Shown: positions 9,732 through 20,785 of the stretch, piece by piece | Layout: each line of letters begins with the position of its first letter | Numbering within the stretch: the stretch's first letter is position 1 | Virus record (IMG/VR): IMGVR_UViG_3300042260_000241 | Strand: one strand, 5' to 3' | Origin: a virus | Lineage: Duplodnaviria; Heunggongvirae; Uroviricota; Caudoviricetes | Length of the DNA: 64,000 bases | The notes under the pieces: model-generated | Told to the model about the DNA's origin: nothing | Database searches by the model: none | What the model saw: only the letters and a program-made list of their open reading frames with translations | Translations under genes and position numbers: made by a program

Positions 9732-10460
9732 ATGCTAAGCAATAACATTTTTTATCACGGGATTACACGAAAAGTTATCGTTGCATTCGGTAGCTTATTT
9801 AGTAATATCCGTATAGAGCGTAAAGTTGATGGAAACGTAGAACAGACGCTCGCAGTTCCTATTGCATATGCTCCAAAGGAAAAGTGGATTGTTAGAATAG
9901 AACAAGATTCATCTTTAGAAAATCATACTTATACTACGTTGCCGCGTTTGTCTTTTGAAATAACCGGTATGAGTTATGATTCTAGCCGTAAGACTAATAG
10001 AATGAATTACATCACATGTGGCGATGGTCAATCTATGACAAAGTTATATTCGCCCGTACCATATAATATTGACATATCTTTGTATTGTTTAACAAAAACA
10101 CAGGAAGATGCGCTACAAATAGTAGAGCAAATTCTTCCATACTTTACTCCAGATTATACACTATCGATAAAAGCTATTCCAGACAGTAATGTCATAATGG
10201 ACATACCAATCATATTAGAAAGTGTAAATATTCAAGATGATTACGATGGTGATTTTAACCAGCGTAGATTCGTAACATACACTATGAACTTTACTTTGAA
10301 AGCTAACTTCTATGGTCCTGTCGTCGATGGTAGAGTTATTACTAATACTATCGTTGATGTAAGCAATATAACAAATAACATTTCTATTGCTGGTCATATG
10401 GCAGAAGGTGATACGACAACAGGTGAAGTCACAACGGATAGTTGGACAGAAAATATCTAA
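9732..10460 (+). CDS. gp15: Tail sheath stabiliser / completion protein gp15
   Basis: FYHGITRKVIVAFGSLF, VPIAYAPKEK, LPRLSFE, VEQILPYF motifs. Confidence 0.9.
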   Translation: MLSNNIFYHGITRKVIVAFGSLFSNIRIERKVDGNVEQTLAVPIAYAPKEKWIVRIEQDSSLENHTYTTLPRLSFEITGMSYDSSRKTNRMNYITCGDGQSMTKLYSPVPYNIDISLYCLTKTQEDALQIVEQILPYFTPDYTLSIKAIPDSNVIMDIPIILESVNIQDDYDGDFNQRRFVTYTMNFTLKANFYGPVVDGRVITNTIVDVSNITNNISIAGHMAEGDTTTGEVTTDSWTENI

Positions 10461-12076
10461 TGAGTGATGAACTAAAATATTATAATTCAAATTCGAACTT
10501 AAAAGCCGCAGATCAATCTATATCATTTACTCAAGAACAACTTGAGGAATATGTAAAATGCGCTGAAGATCCAATTTACTTCATTAGCAATTATTGCATG
10601 ATTGTTACGCTTGACCACGGCCTTCAAAAGTTTAGTTTATATCCATGTCAGATTAATAAGATAAATGTGATCCATCGTAACCGCATGGTTATATTGATGG
10701 AAGGACGTCAACAGGGTAAAACTACTACATCTGCAGCATACATCCTTTGGTATACACTTTTCCAAGAAGCTAAAACAGTTGCTATTTTGGCAAACAAAGC
10801 AAGTGCTGCTCGAGAAGTTCTTGATCGTTACCAGATCATGTATGAGTCACTTCCAAAATGGATGCAACAAGGTGTCGTAACATGGAACAAAGGTGACATT
10901 GAACTTGAAAACAGATCAAAAGTATTCACAGCAGCAACCACTGCGTCTGGTATCCGTGGTAAAACTGTTAACATGTTATACATCGATGAAGCTGCTATTA
11001 TCCCTAATAACATTGCTGATGCTTTCTTTGCTTCTGTTTATCCTACGATTTCCTCGGGTTCTGACACGAAGATTCTTTTAAGTTCTACACCTCTTGGTTA
11101 TAATCACTTTTGGAAATTCTGGAATGATGCAGAACATGGACGAAATGGATTCGTACCATTGTTTATTCCATATTGGGAAATTCCGGGTCGTGATCAGGCT
11201 TGGGCAGATAACCAACATCGTTTACTTGGAGATCTTAAGTTTAACCAAGAAGTTTTATGTAAATTCCTTGGTTCGAGTCTTACACTCATTTCTGCAAATG
11301 CTATTTCACAGATGTCTCCTGGTGAAATCATCTATCATAAAGATGGTTTAGATGTATATGAAAAACCAGTACGCGAAAGCAATGAAGGTCCTGGAAGAGC
11401 ATACTGTCTTATAGCAGATACTGCAAAAGGCGTTGGTGGAGATTATTCTGCATTTGTCGTAGTTGATATGACAGAAATGCCATACAAAGTTGTTGCTAAA
11501 TATAAAGACAACAAAATTAGTCCTCTTCTCTATCCATCGGTCATATACAAAGTAGGCACTGAATACAATAATGCTTATGTTTTAATTGAAATAAATTCAT
11601 CCGAACAAGTTGCCGATATTCTCTATAACGAGTATGAATATGACAATATCGTTTTTGTTAATAGATCCGGCGACGGTCAAACTATATCTGGTGGTTTCGG
11701 AGGTGGACGAACACAACTTGGTGTTGTCACAGATAAAAGAGTTAAAAGAATTGGGTGTTCAAATTTTAAAACATTAGTCGAAGAAAAGAAACTCTTAATT
11801 CCTGATGCAGATATTATTTCAGAAATTTCTACGTTTATTCAAGTGAAAAATTCGTATGAAGCTGACGAAGGATATCATGATGACTTAGTTATGCCATTAG
11901 TGTTGTTTTCCTGGGCAACTACCAACAATTACTTTAAAGAACTTAGTAATATAAATATTAGACAAGTGATATACGAAAACCAAATGAAAATGATTGAACA
12001 GGATTTGACTCCGTTTGGTTTCTATGATGATGGACAACAAACGGATATGCGAGAAGGTTTAGAACTTCTCAAGTAA
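10460..12076 (+). CDS. gp17: Terminase large subunit gp17
   Basis: GRQQGKTT Walker A, LYIDEAA Walker B, ADTAKGVGGDYSAF nuclease motif, HDDLVM; start overlaps gp15 stop (TAATG). Confidence 0.95.
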   Translation: MSDELKYYNSNSNLKAADQSISFTQEQLEEYVKCAEDPIYFISNYCMIVTLDHGLQKFSLYPCQINKINVIHRNRMVILMEGRQQGKTTTSAAYILWYTLFQEAKTVAILANKASAAREVLDRYQIMYESLPKWMQQGVVTWNKGDIELENRSKVFTAATTASGIRGKTVNMLYIDEAAIIPNNIADAFFASVYPTISSGSDTKILLSSTPLGYNHFWKFWNDAEHGRNGFVPLFIPYWEIPGRDQAWADNQHRLLGDLKFNQEVLCKFLGSSLTLISANAISQMSPGEIIYHKDGLDVYEKPVRESNEGPGRAYCLIADTAKGVGGDYSAFVVVDMTEMPYKVVAKYKDNKISPLLYPSVIYKVGTEYNNAYVLIEINSSEQVADILYNEYEYDNIVFVNRSGDGQTISGGFGGGRTQLGVVTDKRVKRIGCSNFKTLVEEKKLLIPDADIISEISTFIQVKNSYEADEGYHDDLVMPLVLFSWATTNNYFKELSNINIRQVIYENQMKMIEQDLTPFGFYDDGQQTDMREGLELLK

Positions 12077-12107
12077 TAAATACATGTAGACAGACATCTC
12101 TGTTTAC
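12074..12107 (+). promoter_or_regulatory. Late-promoter-like TAATAAATA followed by a 9-bp leader hairpin upstream of gp18
   Basis: TAATAAATA at 12074-12082; gtagacaga-catc-tctgtttac at 12086-12107 (one G-U pair). Confidence 0.5.
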
Positions 12108-12137
12108 CTATAATATAACTCTCAAGGAGAATCGAAA

Positions 12138-14417
12138 ATGCCTTTTGCACTATCTCCAGGCGTAACAGTAATCGAGAAAGACTTCTCATCTATTATCCCT
12201 GCAGTTTCAACTTCTGCTGGCGCAACTGCTGGCGTATTTTCATGGGGTCCTGTTTCTGAACCTACTACAGTTACTTCGGAAGATGTGCTCGTAGAGTTAT
12301 TCGGCAAGCCTAATGATTCAAATTTCAAATCTTTTTTCACTGCTGCAAACTTCCTTTCTTATACCAACAATCTTATCGTTAATCGTGTAGATACTGCTGG
12401 TATTCGTAATGCCGTTGTTTCTGCTGGTGGTGAAGTTTTAGATGTATCTTTCACTGATGGTGGTTCTGGATTTAAACCAGGACATAACACTATCGTTCAA
12501 TTCAGTGCTCCACAAACTGCTGGCGGCGTAACCGCGACCGGTACTGTTGTACTTTCCGGTGGTGCAGTTGTTGGTTTCAACGTATCTTCAGGTGGTTCTG
12601 GTTATCTAACAGCTCCAACTGTTACTCTTTCTGCTCCAGAAGTTGAAGGTGGCCAACAAGCTCTTGCGACAGCAACAATCACTAACGGTGTTGTTACAGC
12701 AATTACTTTAGTATCTGGTTACGAAGGTTCTGGTTATCTAAATGCACCAACCGTAACAATTGATGCTGCTCCTCAAGGTGGTACAAACGCAATTGCTTCT
12801 GCATCGGTTGCTACTTCCGAAATTGCAAAGATCAACATTACAAATGGTGGTTCTGGATACACTGCTGCTCCAACCGTAACTATCACCGCTTCAAACCAGG
12901 GTACGATTGGTGTTGTTGTATTACCATCGGATGTTGCTGCTGTACTTTCTTCTAACAGCGGTGTTAAAATCCGCAATGCTCAGCACTATGTTTCTGACTT
13001 CCGTGATTTCCAACAATCTGTTTATGGTATGTTTGCAGCTAAATACGCCGGAACATTAGGTAATGGCTTACAGATTATTCTAGTTGACAATGCAGTATAT
13101 GCATGGGCTGCAGCGAATACAAGTAATGCTACTGCTAAGTTAATTCTCAATTCTTTCCCAGGTGCACCAGGTACTTCTACACAAGCATCTCGTAAAGGTA
13201 TTGTAAATGACGAGTTACACGTTCTAGTATTAGACGGTGCTCAAGGCACATGGACTGGTACACCTGGTTCCGTATTAGAAAAGTACACATATCTTTCTAA
13301 GTTGAAAGGTGTTACTCGTGCTGATGGTACTAACTTATACTTCCGTGATGCTATCAACTCTGGATCTAAGTATCTTTGGGTTCTAAACACTCCATCTGCT
13401 GTTCAAATCAACGACCCACAAAACGCTGATTGGAATCTAAGTGTTGATACAGTTGTTGCAGGTACTAACCTACGTGATCTTAAGCCTACACCACAAGTTC
13501 TAACACTTACTGGTGGTGCTGATGATTTCACAGCAACAGCAGGTGACGTTGAAGCAGCATATATGCAATTCTTAAATGCAGATTTGTATGATATCTCTTT
13601 AGTCGCTGCTGGCGATGTTAGTGTATCTACTGCAAATAAACTAATTGGCGATTTAGCAGAAGTACGTCGTGATTGCGTTGTATTCGTATCTCCACGTAAT
13701 GCAGATGGTACACCAATCATTGCTTCTGGTGATGCTGGTGTACAAGCAATTAGAACATTCAAGAACACTATGACTAATAGTACATATGCAGTTCTTGATT
13801 CTGGTGCAAAGTACCAGTACGATCGTTACAACGATACATATCGTTGGATTCCACTAAATGGCGATATCGCTGGTCTATGTGCTCGTACAGATTACACAGC
13901 AGATCCATGGTTCTCTCCAGGTGGATTCACACGTGGTCAAGTCAAGAATGTTGTTAAGCTTGGTTTCAACCCAGGTCAAGTAGAACGTGATAACCTCTAT
14001 AAAGAAGGTGTTAACCCAGTTGTTACTTTCCCAGGTCAAGGTACTATCCTCTTTGGTGATAAGACATTCACATCTAAGCCAAGTGCATTCGATCGTATCA
14101 ACGTACGTCGTCTATTCATCGTACTAGAAAAAGCAATTGCAACTGCTGCTAAATACCAGTTGTTCGAATTCAACGATGATTTCACTCGTGCACAATTCCG
14201 CAATTTAGTGGAACCATTCTTACGTAATGTTCAAGGTCGTCGTGGTATTATCGACTTCCGTGTTAAGTGTGATGCAACCAATAACACTGGTGAAGTTATT
14301 GATCGTAACGAATTTGTCGCTAGCATCTTTGTTAAGCCAAATCGTTCTATCAACTTTATCACTCTCAACTTCGTGGCAGCTCGCTCTTCAGTAAGCTTTG
14401 ACGAAATCGGTGGTTAA
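12138..14417 (+). CDS. gp18: Tail sheath protein gp18 with repeat insertion
   Basis: [14 protein letters not shown]-terminus, [29 protein letters not shown]; 759 aa. Confidence 0.95.
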   Translation: MPFALSPGVTVIEKDFSSIIPAVSTSAGATAGVFSWGPVSEPTTVTSEDVLVELFGKPNDSNFKSFFTAANFLSYTNNLIVNRVDTAGIRNAVVSAGGEVLDVSFTDGGSGFKPGHNTIVQFSAPQTAGGVTATGTVVLSGGAVVGFNVSSGGSGYLTAPTVTLSAPEVEGGQQALATATITNGVVTAITLVSGYEGSGYLNAPTVTIDAAPQGGTNAIASASVATSEIAKINITNGGSGYTAAPTVTITASNQGTIGVVVLPSDVAAVLSSNSGVKIRNAQHYVSDFRDFQQSVYGMFAAKYAGTLGNGLQIILVDNAVYAWAAANTSNATAKLILNSFPGAPGTSTQASRKGIVNDELHVLVLDGAQGTWTGTPGSVLEKYTYLSKLKGVTRADGTNLYFRDAINSGSKYLWVLNTPSAVQINDPQNADWNLSVDTVVAGTNLRDLKPTPQVLTLTGGADDFTATAGDVEAAYMQFLNADLYDISLVAAGDVSVSTANKLIGDLAEVRRDCVVFVSPRNADGTPIIASGDAGVQAIRTFKNTMTNSTYAVLDSGAKYQYDRYNDTYRWIPLNGDIAGLCARTDYTADPWFSPGGFTRGQVKNVVKLGFNPGQVERDNLYKEGVNPVVTFPGQGTILFGDKTFTSKPSAFDRINVRRLFIVLEKAIATAAKYQLFEFNDDFTRAQFRNLVEPFLRNVQGRRGIIDFRVKCDATNNTGEVIDRNEFVASIFVKPNRSINFITLNFVAARSSVSFDEIGG

Positions 14418-14422
14418 TTTAT

Positions 14423-14453
14423 CGGGAGGAGCCATCCTCCCGTTGAATAAATA
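14423..14453 (+). promoter_or_regulatory. 8-bp hairpin plus late-promoter-like AATAAATA between gp18 and gp19
   Basis: CGGGAGGA-gcca-TCCTCCCG at 14423-14442; AATAAATA at 14446-14453. Confidence 0.55.
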
Positions 14454-14474
14454 AAGAATAAAGGAGTCATTTAC

Positions 14475-15068
14475 ATGGCAAACATTTCAGATTTTAAGGC
14501 ACAGTTAACCGGTGGTGGCGCACGCGCTAACCAATTCCGTGTTGAATTGTCCTTTCCATCGTTCGTAACGCTAGGAGCAGTTGCTGGAGTACAAGCACAA
14601 TTCTTGTGTAATGCTGCACAACTTCCTGCTTCTACGATCGAACCTATTAGCGTTTTATATCGTGGTCGTCCAGTAAACTTTGCAGGCGAACGCACTTTCC
14701 AACCTTGGACAATTGCAGTCTATAACGATACCAACTTCAATATTCGCAATGCTTTAGAACAATGGTCTAATGGCATTCAGAATAATGGTGCTACAACTGG
14801 TATCACAAATCCTGCAAACTATCAAGTCGATTTATCAGTTCACCAACTCGACAGAAATGGTGCTACTGTTAAGACTTATAAGTTTGTTGATGCATTCCCA
14901 ACAGAAGTTGGTGATATTGCACTTGGATACGATCAAGGCAATGCAATCGAAACTTTCAACGTTACTTTCATGTACAATTATTGGACATCCAATACTTCTA
15001 CCGAAGGTGGTTCTGGATTCGGTCTAAGCGGTACAATCAACACACCAGTTGGTTCTTTCCCACTATAA
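14475..15068 (+). CDS. gp19: Tail tube protein gp19
   Basis: GGARANQFRV, YRGRPVNFAGERTFQPWTIAVYND motifs. Confidence 0.95.
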   Translation: MANISDFKAQLTGGGARANQFRVELSFPSFVTLGAVAGVQAQFLCNAAQLPASTIEPISVLYRGRPVNFAGERTFQPWTIAVYNDTNFNIRNALEQWSNGIQNNGATTGITNPANYQVDLSVHQLDRNGATVKTYKFVDAFPTEVGDIALGYDQGNAIETFNVTFMYNYWTSNTSTEGGSGFGLSGTINTPVGSFPL

Positions 15069-15084
15069 TTGGATAATATAGATT

Positions 15085-16647
15085 ATGAACGTATTTGGTT
15101 TTGAGATAAAGCGTAAACAAGACGCACCTCAGCCTTCAATAGTAGCTCCTTCATCTGACGACGGGGCTACTGTTGTTAACTCTGCTGCAGGATATTATGC
15201 ACAAGTGATGAGCTTAGACGCTATCATCAAGAGCGAAAACGATTTGATTCGTAGATATCGTGAAATAGCGCTATACCCTGATACGGATAGCGCTATTGAA
15301 GATATTACAAATGAAGCAATCGTTATTGACGACGATGCGCAATCGGTGAAAATCATATTAGATGATGTAAAACTTTCGGCTGGTATTAAAAATAAGATCA
15401 AAGACGAATTTGATACATTATTACATACTCTTAAATTTGACGAAAGAGGCCATGACATATTCCGTAATTGGTATGTTGATGGTAGAATTTATTATCATGT
15501 ATTGATAGATGAAAAGAATCCTAAAGGTGGTATTGTCGAATTACGACAAATTGATCCACGTAAGATTCGTAAAATTAAACACGTCAATAAAGAAAAGAAT
15601 GCTCATGGTGTAGAAATCGTTAAATCGATTGATGAGTATTATCTCTATAACGATAAAGGAATCAGTGAAGCGTCTACTTCGGGCGTTAAGCTTCCTATCG
15701 ATTCTGTGATCTATGTTCCATCCGGATTAGTAGATCATAATAGTGGTATGGTTCTTTCTTATCTTCATAAAGCTATTAAAGTAGTTAATCAATTGAAGAT
15801 GATGGAAGACGCATTGGTGATTTATAGAATTAGTAGAGCACCAGAACGTAGAATTTTCTATGTTGATGTAGGTAACTTACCTAAAATCAAAGCGGAACAA
15901 TATGTCAATGACATTATGAATAAGTTCCGCAATAAAATTGTTTATGACGCGACAACAGGTGAAGTTCGCGATGATCGTAAACATATGTCGATGATGGAAG
16001 ACTTTTGGATGCCACGTCGAGAGGGTGGTAAGGGCACGGAGATAACCACGCTTCCCGGTGGACAAACATTAGGTCAAATCGAAGACATTGAGTATTTTCA
16101 GAATAAATTATATCAGTGCTTAAATGTTCCTGCAAGTCGATTACAAAAGACTGATGGTTTCAATTTAGGTCGTTCTTCAGAAATTACTCGCGATGAAATT
16201 AAATTTACTAAATTCATTGCACGAATCCGTAAGAAATTTACAAACCTATTCCTTGATGCATTAAGAATTCAACTTATCATAAAAGGAATATGTACTCATG
16301 ACGACTGGGAGATTATTCGTCCTCAGATTTCGTTTGACTTCATGCGTGATAATCATTACGCTGAACTAAAAGAATCTGAACTACTAACAGGACGTCTAAA
16401 TATTCTTCAAATGATTGATCCATTTGTTGGTAAATACTATTCAGCAACATATGTTAAAAAGAATATTCTTCGTTTAGACGACGATGAAATTGAAGAAATT
16501 GATGCTGAAAACGAAGAATATAATAAAGAACAACATGCAATGGAACTCGCCAAGATGAAATTACAAGGTGATGTACAGAATGAAATTGATGCCGGAGCAC
16601 AAGATCAACAAGATGCTGTTCCGCAATGGCCACTACAAGGAAACTAA
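15085..16647 (+). CDS. gp20: Portal vertex protein gp20
   Basis: LIRRYREIA, WYVDGRIYYH, YRISRAPERRIFYVDVGNLPK, DFWMPRREGGKGTEITTLPGG. Confidence 0.97.
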   Translation: MNVFGFEIKRKQDAPQPSIVAPSSDDGATVVNSAAGYYAQVMSLDAIIKSENDLIRRYREIALYPDTDSAIEDITNEAIVIDDDAQSVKIILDDVKLSAGIKNKIKDEFDTLLHTLKFDERGHDIFRNWYVDGRIYYHVLIDEKNPKGGIVELRQIDPRKIRKIKHVNKEKNAHGVEIVKSIDEYYLYNDKGISEASTSGVKLPIDSVIYVPSGLVDHNSGMVLSYLHKAIKVVNQLKMMEDALVIYRISRAPERRIFYVDVGNLPKIKAEQYVNDIMNKFRNKIVYDATTGEVRDDRKHMSMMEDFWMPRREGGKGTEITTLPGGQTLGQIEDIEYFQNKLYQCLNVPASRLQKTDGFNLGRSSEITRDEIKFTKFIARIRKKFTNLFLDALRIQLIIKGICTHDDWEIIRPQISFDFMRDNHYAELKESELLTGRLNILQMIDPFVGKYYSATYVKKNILRLDDDEIEEIDAENEEYNKEQHAMELAKMKLQGDVQNEIDAGAQDQQDAVPQWPLQGN

Positions 16648-16649
16648 TT

Positions 16650-16841
16650 ATGACAACTACCCGCGAACTAATTGATGCTTTAATTTCTGGCGATAGTATT
16701 GCTATCGAAAATACTTTTAATTCAGTAATGTCTGACAAAGTATCATCGGCTTTAGATACATATAGAGTTGATGTTGCACAAAAGATGTTTGTGCAAAAAG
16801 AACAAGAAGTAAATTCTGATGATAACATTCAACAAGCTTAA
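16650..16841 (+). CDS. Small prohead core protein (gp67-like)
   Basis: 63 aa helical ORF directly after gp20; position and size fit gp67. Confidence 0.55.
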   Translation: MTTTRELIDALISGDSIAIENTFNSVMSDKVSSALDTYRVDVAQKMFVQKEQEVNSDDNIQQA

Positions 16842-17352
16842 GACAAAACTTACAGAAAGTTCTGGAATTCTTGATAGTTTTATCTATCAAGAAAAGCGCG
16901 TTGTCATTAGTGAAAATTTTTCTATTTCTGTTGGCGGTGAAAATATAGAAATAGAATTAAACGATTTGGAAGAAGCAAGGGAATACGCTAAATCATATAT
17001 CAATAATAGTATTACACTTAAAGATATCGACGCTGTAATTCCGGAAGAAAAAATAGTAAATTTAATTAGCAAATATCATAGCATTAAGATAACAGATAAA
17101 ATAGTCGAATCATACTTAGATCTTGCTTCTTCCAATCTATTTACGATTGATCCAGTCTTAGTAGAAATAAAACAAAAGTCTAGTTCAATCCCAGGAAAAA
17201 TCGAACATAATCTGAATGATGGCAGTGTTGTTGCAATTGATGAAGATACACAAACTAAATTAAACACTCTATTAGAAGATAAATATCAAATAGTAGAATA
17301 TATGCGTGAATCTAAACAAAATTTCATGCGAATAATTAGAGAGGTCAATTAA
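16819..17352 (+). CDS. Hypothetical protein in head-core region
   Basis: 177 aa ORF coupled to its neighbours; N-terminus MITFNKLKTKLTE resembles a capsid-targeting leader. Confidence 0.5.
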   Translation: MITFNKLKTKLTESSGILDSFIYQEKRVVISENFSISVGGENIEIELNDLEEAREYAKSYINNSITLKDIDAVIPEEKIVNLISKYHSIKITDKIVESYLDLASSNLFTIDPVLVEIKQKSSSIPGKIEHNLNDGSVVAIDEDTQTKLNTLLEDKYQIVEYMRESKQNFMRIIREVN

Positions 17353-17780
17353 TGGCAATGAATCTTACAACAATCAAGAATACTGGTCAAGAAACCATTA
17401 TTCATTTTGAAGCAACAGACGCTTCATTTGCAACAATTACTATTGCAGATTTGGCTGCTACATCACAAGCAAGAAACTCTGACGCTCCAGAAGTTAATAT
17501 CGTTCGTTTTGTTTCAACGGGCGAAGATGGTGCATCCGTTATTGTTTCTCGCAACAATAAGAATATCATTGCATGTGCTCCAGAGAATGCACCATTTTTA
17601 GATTTAACATCAATGGGTATCACAGAATCACAACAAAATACGTATGATATTAAGATTTCTAGCACTGTTGCAAAGGCAGTTTCTGGATATATCACTTTAC
17701 GTAAAGTTGCAGGTTGGTCTGGTAAGATTGAAACTGCAGAGTTTGGTTCTTACGATAACGAAAACGTAGTAGGAAGTTAA
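17352..17780 (+). CDS. Hypothetical virion protein between head-core genes and gp21
   Basis: 142 aa, GAGG Shine-Dalgarno, TAATG coupling. Confidence 0.55.
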   Translation: MAMNLTTIKNTGQETIIHFEATDASFATITIADLAATSQARNSDAPEVNIVRFVSTGEDGASVIVSRNNKNIIACAPENAPFLDLTSMGITESQQNTYDIKISSTVAKAVSGYITLRKVAGWSGKIETAEFGSYDNENVVGS

Positions 17781-17781
17781 A

Positions 17782-18435
17782 ATGAAACTAATTAAAGAAG
17801 TATTCGATACTACTTCCTTTGTTGTCGAGAACAAACTCGGCAAGGGTAAGGACTATTTTATTGAAGGTATTTTCCTTCAATCTAACCTTAAGAATCGTAA
17901 TGGTCGTATGTATCCAGAAGAAGTTATGGATAAAGAAGTTGGTCGTTACATGGAATCTTTGGTTAAACAGAATCGCGCTTATGGTGAATTAGGTCATCCA
18001 GATAATCCACAGATCAACTTAGATCGTGTATCTCACCTAATAGTTGACCTTCGTAAAGAAGGAACTAATTATATTGGTAAAGCAAAGATTATGGAAACAC
18101 CAATGGGTAATATTGCACGTGGTCTTTTAGACGGCGGTGCAAATCTTGGCGTTTCTTCAAGAGCACTAGGTTCCCTTCAAATGAATAAAGAAGGTGTCCA
18201 AGTAGTTCAAGACGATTTCATGTTGTCAACAGCAGCAGACATCGTCGCCGACCCTTCAGCACCTGATGCTTTCGTAAGAGGCATTATGGAATCTGTGGAA
18301 TGGGTTTTTGTTGATGGAAAATTTGAGCAAAGACAGATAGAGGAGACAAAGAAGTTAATTCAAAGAACTCCTTCTAAGAGATTAACTGAGGCCTCTATTG
18401 CGGCTTTTCAGAATTTTCTAACAAATCTGAAATAA
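17782..18435 (+). CDS. gp21: Prohead protease gp21
   Basis: NRNGRMYP, GELGHP, LGVSSRALGS, DIVADPSAPDAF. Confidence 0.95.
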   Translation: MKLIKEVFDTTSFVVENKLGKGKDYFIEGIFLQSNLKNRNGRMYPEEVMDKEVGRYMESLVKQNRAYGELGHPDNPQINLDRVSHLIVDLRKEGTNYIGKAKIMETPMGNIARGLLDGGANLGVSSRALGSLQMNKEGVQVVQDDFMLSTAADIVADPSAPDAFVRGIMESVEWVFVDGKFEQRQIEETKKLIQRTPSKRLTEASIAAFQNFLTNLK

Positions 18436-18483
18436 CAAAATAGATAAATAATTATAGAACTCATCCAGTTATAGGAGAACACG

Positions 18484-19413
18484 ATGTCAATCGAACAAAA
18501 GATTGCTGAACTTCTAGAAGAATCTAAGAAGTTGCAAGCAGAAGAAATTAAAATTGAAGGTTTAACTGAAGAAGAATTCAAAGCTCTTTCTGAAGAAGAA
18601 CAAACTCAATATGAACTAGACGAAGCATCTTCTTGCTACAAAAAGAAAGAAGAAGAAGAAGAAGTTAAGGAAGAACTAGAAGTTAAAGAAGAGCTTAAGG
18701 TTGACGTTTCTGAAGACGTTGCTGCTCTCGTTAATGGTGAAGAACTTTCAGAAGAATTTAAAACTAAAGCAGCTACTATTTTTGAAGCTGCTGTAGTAAC
18801 TCGTGTTAAGTCTGAAATGACTAAACTCGAAGAACAGTTTGAAACAAAACTTGCTGAGCAAGTTGAGTCAATCAAAGAGGGTCTCGTTGAAAAAGTTGAT
18901 GGATATCTCAACTACGTAGTTGAGCAGTGGATGACAGATAATGAACTTGCCCTTGAAAATGGTATGAAGACTGATATCATGGAAAGCTTTGTAGCTGGCA
19001 TGAAGAATCTCTTTATGGAACACTATATCGAAGTTCCTGCTGAAAAGTATGACCTAGTTGGTGAATTGCAAGAACAAGCTGATAGCACTAAAGCTAAGCT
19101 TGACGAGCAATTAGCTGCTAATGTTGAACTAACTAAGCAGATCAATGAGATGAAACGTGTTTCGTCAATTGGTGAATTCTGTGCTGACCTAGCAGATACA
19201 GATGCTGAGAAGTTCAAAGGCCTTGCTGAAGAACTAGCATTTGAAGATGCTGAGTCGTTCAAGACTAAGCTTCAAACTATTAAAGAAAATTATTTTGGTA
19301 AGAAGGCTACTGTTGATGTTAAGTCTCCAGTAACCAATGATCCTGTGCAATTAGAAGAAGAGCAAAAATCTGTAGATCCAGTTATGGCTCAATATCTAGC
19401 AGCACTCAAATAA
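18484..19413 (+). CDS. gp22: Prohead scaffold protein gp22
   Basis: Acidic coiled coil with LSEEFKTKAATIFEAAV and YLNYVVEQW motifs. Confidence 0.9.
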   Translation: MSIEQKIAELLEESKKLQAEEIKIEGLTEEEFKALSEEEQTQYELDEASSCYKKKEEEEEVKEELEVKEELKVDVSEDVAALVNGEELSEEFKTKAATIFEAAVVTRVKSEMTKLEEQFETKLAEQVESIKEGLVEKVDGYLNYVVEQWMTDNELALENGMKTDIMESFVAGMKNLFMEHYIEVPAEKYDLVGELQEQADSTKAKLDEQLAANVELTKQINEMKRVSSIGEFCADLADTDAEKFKGLAEELAFEDAESFKTKLQTIKENYFGKKATVDVKSPVTNDPVQLEEEQKSVDPVMAQYLAALK

Positions 19414-19438
19414 ATTAACATCCACAAAGGAAAATAAA

Positions 19439-20710
19439 ATGACTACACGTCCAGAATTAGTTAAAAAGTGGGCTCCGATTCTCGAGTCTACATCTGCACC
19501 ATCTTTCAAAGATGACTATCGCAAACAAGTAACTGCACAACTTCTTGAGAACCAAGAAACTGCAATGAAGCAGAGCGCTCAAGCTCTTAACGAAATCGCT
19601 AACGTTGGCGGTGACGGTATTGCTCTTGGCGGTGCTGGTACCAACGCTAACATGGCTGGTTACGATCCAGTTCTTATCGCTATGGTTCGTCGTGCTGCTC
19701 CACAGATGATCGCTTATGACATCGCTGGTGTTCAGCCAATGACTCAACCTACTGGTCTTATCTTCGCAATGAAGAGCAAGTATGCTGCACAAAACGGCGC
19801 AGAAGCTCTCTTCAATGAAGCAGATACCGACTTCTCCGGTACAGGCACCCACGCTGGTTCTAATCCAGTTGACGGTTCTTACACAACTGGTACTGGTATG
19901 TCTACAGCAACTGCTGAAGACCTAGGTGCTGGTACTGCATTCGGTCAAATGGCTTTCTCAATCGAGAAGACTACCGTTACTGCTAAGACTCGTGCTCTAC
20001 GTGCTGAATACACCGTAGAACTTGCACAAGATCTTAAGGCAGTTCACGGTCTTGATGCTGAAAACGAACTCAGCAACATTCTTTCCAGCGAAATTCTTAA
20101 CGAAATCAACCGTGAAGTTGTTCGTACAGTTTACGCTGCTGCTAAGACTGGTGCACAAGCAGGTACTGCAACTGCTGGTACTTTTGACCTCGACGTTGAC
20201 TCCAACGGTCGTTGGTCTGTTGAAAAGTTCAAGGGCTTAATGTTCCAAATCGAACGTGAAGCAAACGCTATTGCACAAACAACCCGTCGTGGTCGTGGTA
20301 ACTTCCTCATCTGTTCTGCAGACGTTGCATCCGCACTCGCAATGGCAGGTGTTCTTGACTACGCTCCAGCATTGAGCACTGGTCTTAATGTTGACGAATC
20401 TTCTACTACTTTCGCTGGTGTTCTAAACGGCAAGTACAAGGTTTATGTTGATCCATATAGCGCAAATGCTAACGCATCCAATGCTACCCAATTCTTCGTA
20501 GTTGGTTACAAGGGTACTTCTGCATATGATGCTGGTCTCTTCTACTGCCCATACGTTCCACTAGAGAAAGTACGTGCTGTTGACCCAGCAACATTCCAAC
20601 CAAAGATTGGTTTCAAGACCCGTTATGGTATGGTTGCAAACCCATTCACTAGCCTTTCCGCTGGTCAGAACATCTACTATCGTAAGGTAGCAGTTACTAA
20701 CCTCATGTAA
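19439..20710 (+). CDS. gp23: Major capsid protein gp23
   Basis: AGVQPMTQPTGLIFAM, FSIEKTTVTAKTRALRAEYTVELAQDLKAVHG, FYCPYVPL, GFKTRYG. Confidence 0.98.
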   Translation: MTTRPELVKKWAPILESTSAPSFKDDYRKQVTAQLLENQETAMKQSAQALNEIANVGGDGIALGGAGTNANMAGYDPVLIAMVRRAAPQMIAYDIAGVQPMTQPTGLIFAMKSKYAAQNGAEALFNEADTDFSGTGTHAGSNPVDGSYTTGTGMSTATAEDLGAGTAFGQMAFSIEKTTVTAKTRALRAEYTVELAQDLKAVHGLDAENELSNILSSEILNEINREVVRTVYAAAKTGAQAGTATAGTFDLDVDSNGRWSVEKFKGLMFQIEREANAIAQTTRRGRGNFLICSADVASALAMAGVLDYAPALSTGLNVDESSTTFAGVLNGKYKVYVDPYSANANASNATQFFVVGYKGTSAYDAGLFYCPYVPLEKVRAVDPATFQPKIGFKTRYGMVANPFTSLSAGQNIYYRKVAVTNLM

Positions 20711-20741
20711 TTGAGGAAAAGCCTACGTAGATAGGTATTTT

Positions 20742-20769
20742 AAAGAGGGACTTCGGTCCCTCTTTTTTT
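20742..20769 (+). terminator. Rho-independent terminator after gp23
   Basis: aaagagggac-TTCG-gtccctcttt followed by a T run; cUUCGg tetraloop. Confidence 0.9.
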
Positions 20770-20772
20770 CTT

Positions 20773-20780
20773 TATAAATA
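20773..20780 (+). promoter_or_regulatory. Late promoter TATAAATA upstream of gp3
   Basis: Exact consensus. Confidence 0.75.
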
Positions 20781-20785
20781 CTAAT

